Source of the DNA: Candidatus Woesearchaeota archaeon
GTDB taxonomy: Archaea; Nanobdellota; Nanobdellia; Woesearchaeales; DATGWN01
NCBI GenBank assembly: GCA_047603125.1
Contig: JBLKOU010000006.1
Coordinates: forward strand, 1 to 38,749
Length of the DNA: 38,749 nucleotides
Reading direction: 5' to 3'
Shown here: piece by piece, positions 38,463-38,749 of the stretch
Layout of the letters: the number at the start of each line of letters is the position of its first letter
How positions within the stretch are numbered: the stretch's first letter is position 1
Program-made: the position numbers and the translations under genes
Notes under the pieces: model-generated
Databases searched by the model: none
What the model was told of the DNA's origin: nothing
What the model saw: only the letters and a program-made list of their open reading frames with translations

Positions 38463-38708
38463 ATGCACCATACATTAGATATTGAAGGAACTGACGCTTG
38501 CGGAAAAACAACCTTAATCAACAAAATTTTAGCAAATTATCCACATTTTAAGAGAGGTCCCGATTTTAAAGAGCGAATTGCATTTGCTGCGGGAATAGAT
38601 CATGATAAGTTTTCCTTTGTAGAAGACTATCTCAAGCTGCCCGTCGAAGATAGAGTTAAATTATCAAAAGAGAGTGCTGTGTCGGATAAACCGGTAGAAA
38701 TTCTTTAA
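38463..38708 (+). CDS. Nucleoside/thymidylate-kinase-like P-loop protein, short or frameshifted
   Basis: IEGTDACGKTT resembles the dTMP kinase P-loop; stops at 81 aa, while another frame stays open to the window end. Confidence 0.5.
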   Translation: MHHTLDIEGTDACGKTTLINKILANYPHFKRGPDFKERIAFAAGIDHDKFSFVEDYLKLPVEDRVKLSKESAVSDKPVEIL

Positions 38709-38749
38709 AAAAAGTGAAACTATTTGATTTTAAAGAAAAGGACAGCCTT

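Noticed and set aside
1..38749. Autonomous transposase, integrase, prophage or rRNA genes
   Set aside because: No DDE, HUH, tyrosine/serine recombinase, virion or rRNA signatures were recognised; the enzyme that moves the MITEs must be elsewhere or lost.

Overview
AT-rich archaeal chromosomal segment, most consistent with a DPANN/Nanobdellota (Woesearchaeota-like) genome. The taxon is inferred from archaeal-type EF-2, EF-1alpha, L7Ae, S28e, L24e, L41e, proteasome beta, aCPSF1/FttA, TIM and Lhr, class III signal-peptide proteins, BRE/TATA promoters with leaderless starts, and a BHB-intron tRNA-Ile(UAU). It holds about 36 protein genes, 3 tRNAs (Gly-GCC, Ile-UAU, Glu-UUC) and two accessory patches downstream of tRNA 3' ends. 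Main find: six non-autonomous MITE-like elements of two families (116-198 bp, G-starting terminal inverted repeats, 9-bp target duplications) at five sites. The target sequences differ, but four sites lie exactly 15 bp upstream of the TATA box of the neighbouring gene and the fifth 14-15 bp. One promoter was hit twice, giving a tandem stack. This suggests transposition targeted by promoter position. Second find: a Fur/Zur-controlled cluster (17/19 Fur box overlapping the TATA, small HPCxxC protein, COG0523 GTPase, nicotianamine-synthase-like enzyme) between two atypical type II P-type ATPases. Also seen: an unannotated L41e gene, divergent gene pairs sharing one TATA, a k-turn in the L7Ae leader, two accessory genes broken by a single in-frame TAG, and odd tRNA-end duplications. 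All calls are by eye; no searches were run.
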